Part shown: one piece after another, positions 59,000 to 60,111 of the stretch
How positions within the stretch are numbered: the first letter of the stretch is position 1
Layout of the letters: every line of letters starts with the position of its first letter
DNA from: Beijerinckiaceae bacterium
GTDB taxonomy: Bacteria; Pseudomonadota; Alphaproteobacteria; Rhizobiales; Beijerinckiaceae
Assembly: GCA_947498445.1 (NCBI GenBank)
Contig: CANMLK010000001.1
Location: forward strand, 1-60,111
Reading direction: 5' to 3'
Length of the DNA: 60,111 bases
The notes under the pieces: generated by a model
Databases searched by the model: none
What the model was told of the DNA's origin: nothing
What the model saw: the letters and a program-made list of their open reading frames with translations, nothing else
Made by a program: the position numbers and the translations under genes

Positions 59000-59737
59000 T
59001 CATCGGGACGGACGACGCGGTTGCGTCGCCGTTTTTGCTTGCGCCTTCGTTGCGTTCCTGGCCGCGAATCGGCCTGGGCCGCGCCGCGGCGCATTTTCGT
59101 CTTCGCCGGCTTGCTCCGGGCTTGGCTCTTCGGCACCGGCTTTCTCGGCGCGAAGCGTTTCGCGAATAAGCGCGTCGGTGAGCACAAGACGCGACTCGTC
59201 GAGATCGACCAACGGCAGCCGCACGTCGGATTCCTCATCAGCGCGCGCGTCCATGCGGCGCAACTTCAGAACACGCGCGGCGCCTTCGCCTTCAACGCCT
59301 TCGATCCAGCCGCGAAAACGCTTGCGGTTGTAATGCAGATTGAGCAGTTCAATGCGCGCTTCATGGCCGATGGCGCGCTCGAAATCGGACACGCGCATCA
59401 GCGGCCGGTCGATGCCGGGCGATGACAGTTCGAGCCGATATTCCGCGCCGCCCATTGGATCGTCTACGTCAAGCGCTGGCGAAATGGCCACGCTCGCCGC
59501 TTCGCACTCATCTATCGAGATCGTCCCGTCGGGCCGCTCGGCCATAATCTGCACGACCGCGCCCTGATTGGTCGAAATCTTCACGCGCACGAGCCGGAGT
59601 CCAAGACCGCGCAGGATTGGCGCCGCCACGCGGGCCACACGCGCCGCAGGCCCCGTCTCGGTGATGAGGCGCGGCTCGTCGATATCGGCCTTGATGTCCG
59701 AAACCGGCGGGGTGGCTGTTTGCTCGGCGTCTGCCAA
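59000..59737 (-). CDS. rimP: Ribosome maturation factor RimP
   Basis: QIMAERPDG and [14 protein letters not shown] motifs; TTG start after GGAG. Confidence 0.95.
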   Translation of the reverse strand: MADAEQTATPPVSDIKADIDEPRLITETGPAARVARVAAPILRGLGLRLVRVKISTNQGAVVQIMAERPDGTISIDECEAASVAISPALDVDDPMGGAEYRLELSSPGIDRPLMRVSDFERAIGHEARIELLNLHYNRKRFRGWIEGVEGEGAARVLKLRRMDARADEESDVRLPLVDLDESRLVLTDALIRETLRAEKAGAEEPSPEQAGEDENAPRRGPGRFAARNATKAQAKTATQPRRPSR

Positions 59738-59776
59738 TCTTTACTCCGGACGCGGGCCTTTCTCGGCCCGCAGGTA

Positions 59777-59812
59777 ATAAAAAAGAGCGGGTCCCGGTCG
59801 GGGCCCACTCTC
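59777..59812 (-). promoter_or_regulatory. rimP-leader terminator/attenuator hairpin
   Basis: Minus strand reads AGAGTGGGCCCC-GACC-GGGACCCGCTCT-TTTTT in the rimP 5' UTR, matching the known rimP-leader arrangement. Confidence 0.7.
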
Positions 59813-59857
59813 CATGGTGACCATCCAAGGATGATCCATATGAGAACTGATAGAGGC

Positions 59858-59886
59858 TTTATAGCCAAAACGCCCTTTACTGGCAA
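59858..59886 (-). promoter_or_regulatory. Sigma70-type promoter of the rimP-nusA-infB operon
   Basis: TTGCCA-17 nt-TATAAA on the minus strand. Confidence 0.7.
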
Positions 59887-59895
59887 GCGACTCGC

Positions 59896-59956
59896 TGGCC
59901 CCGGTTCCTGGCCCGGTTCCTGGCCCGGTTCTTGGCCCGGTTCTTGGCCCCGGTTT
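59896..59956. repeat. Tandem repeat, 5 copies of TGGCCCGGTTCY (12-13 bp units)
   Basis: Read directly; units start at 59896, 59909, 59921, 59933 and 59945. Confidence 0.92.
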
Positions 59957-60111
59957 TCATTAGGGCGTTCGCCCTTGTGCGAATAAGTTTCAACTCGGAT
60001 TTGATCCAGTCGGCATATTGGCGACGCGCGATCTCGACTTAGGGAGCGCCCCCGCCTAGCAGCCTGTCGGACTTAACTTGTCCTGGCGGCGGGGCAAGGG
60101 CAAGCGTAGAA

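Noticed and set aside
59896-59956. CRISPR array
   Set aside because: The units are 12-13 bp, directly adjacent, with no spacers and no cas genes.
59877-59960. 27-aa basic ORF MKTGAKNRAKNRARNRARNRGQRVACQ on the minus strand
   Set aside because: A by-product of the 12-bp repeat; no clear RBS, and it runs into the promoter.
1-60111. Prophage, IS, integrase, anti-phage defence genes, tRNA or rRNA
   Set aside because: No recognisable motifs for any of these in the translations or intergenic regions.

Overview
A GC-rich alphaproteobacterial chromosomal window, judged from gene content to be Hyphomicrobiales-like, with about 48 protein-coding genes. I found no rRNA, tRNA, CRISPR array, prophage or transposase. 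Housekeeping blocks sit at both ends: fabB-fabA-SH3-gyaR on the left and rimP-nusA-ylxR-infB-(insert)-rbfA-truB on the right. Between them are: (i) a catabolic/uptake island with three TctC/Bug binding proteins, hydrolases, an Ldh_2 oxidoreductase and an orphan Mo-hydroxylase large subunit; (ii) alpha-2-macroglobulin plus pbpC, with a divergent protein that appears to be a catalytically dead trypsin-like protease; (iii) a GTP-derived heterocycle tailoring cluster of unknown product (RibA, stand-alone RibD reductase, non-canonical PTPS, GT4, methyltransferase, atypical MDR dehydrogenase, YfhO-like membrane glycosyltransferase), split by an inserted TctC-amidohydrolase pair; (iv) opgH/mdoH with no opgG; (v) a REC-PAS-GGDEF-EAL gene with an in-frame TGA, next to a membrane-anchored Hpt protein; and (vi) a TPP enzyme-NikR-LysR-Rieske-small protein-DxH amidohydrolase run that looks like an uncharacterised dinuclear-metal monooxygenase system. 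Sequence-level oddities include a probable ATC start codon on the LysR gene, two REPIN-like palindromic elements, 12-15 bp tandem duplications at three gene boundaries, and a 12-bp VNTR next to the rimP-nusA-infB promoter. Functional calls come from motif recognition only; no database searches were run.
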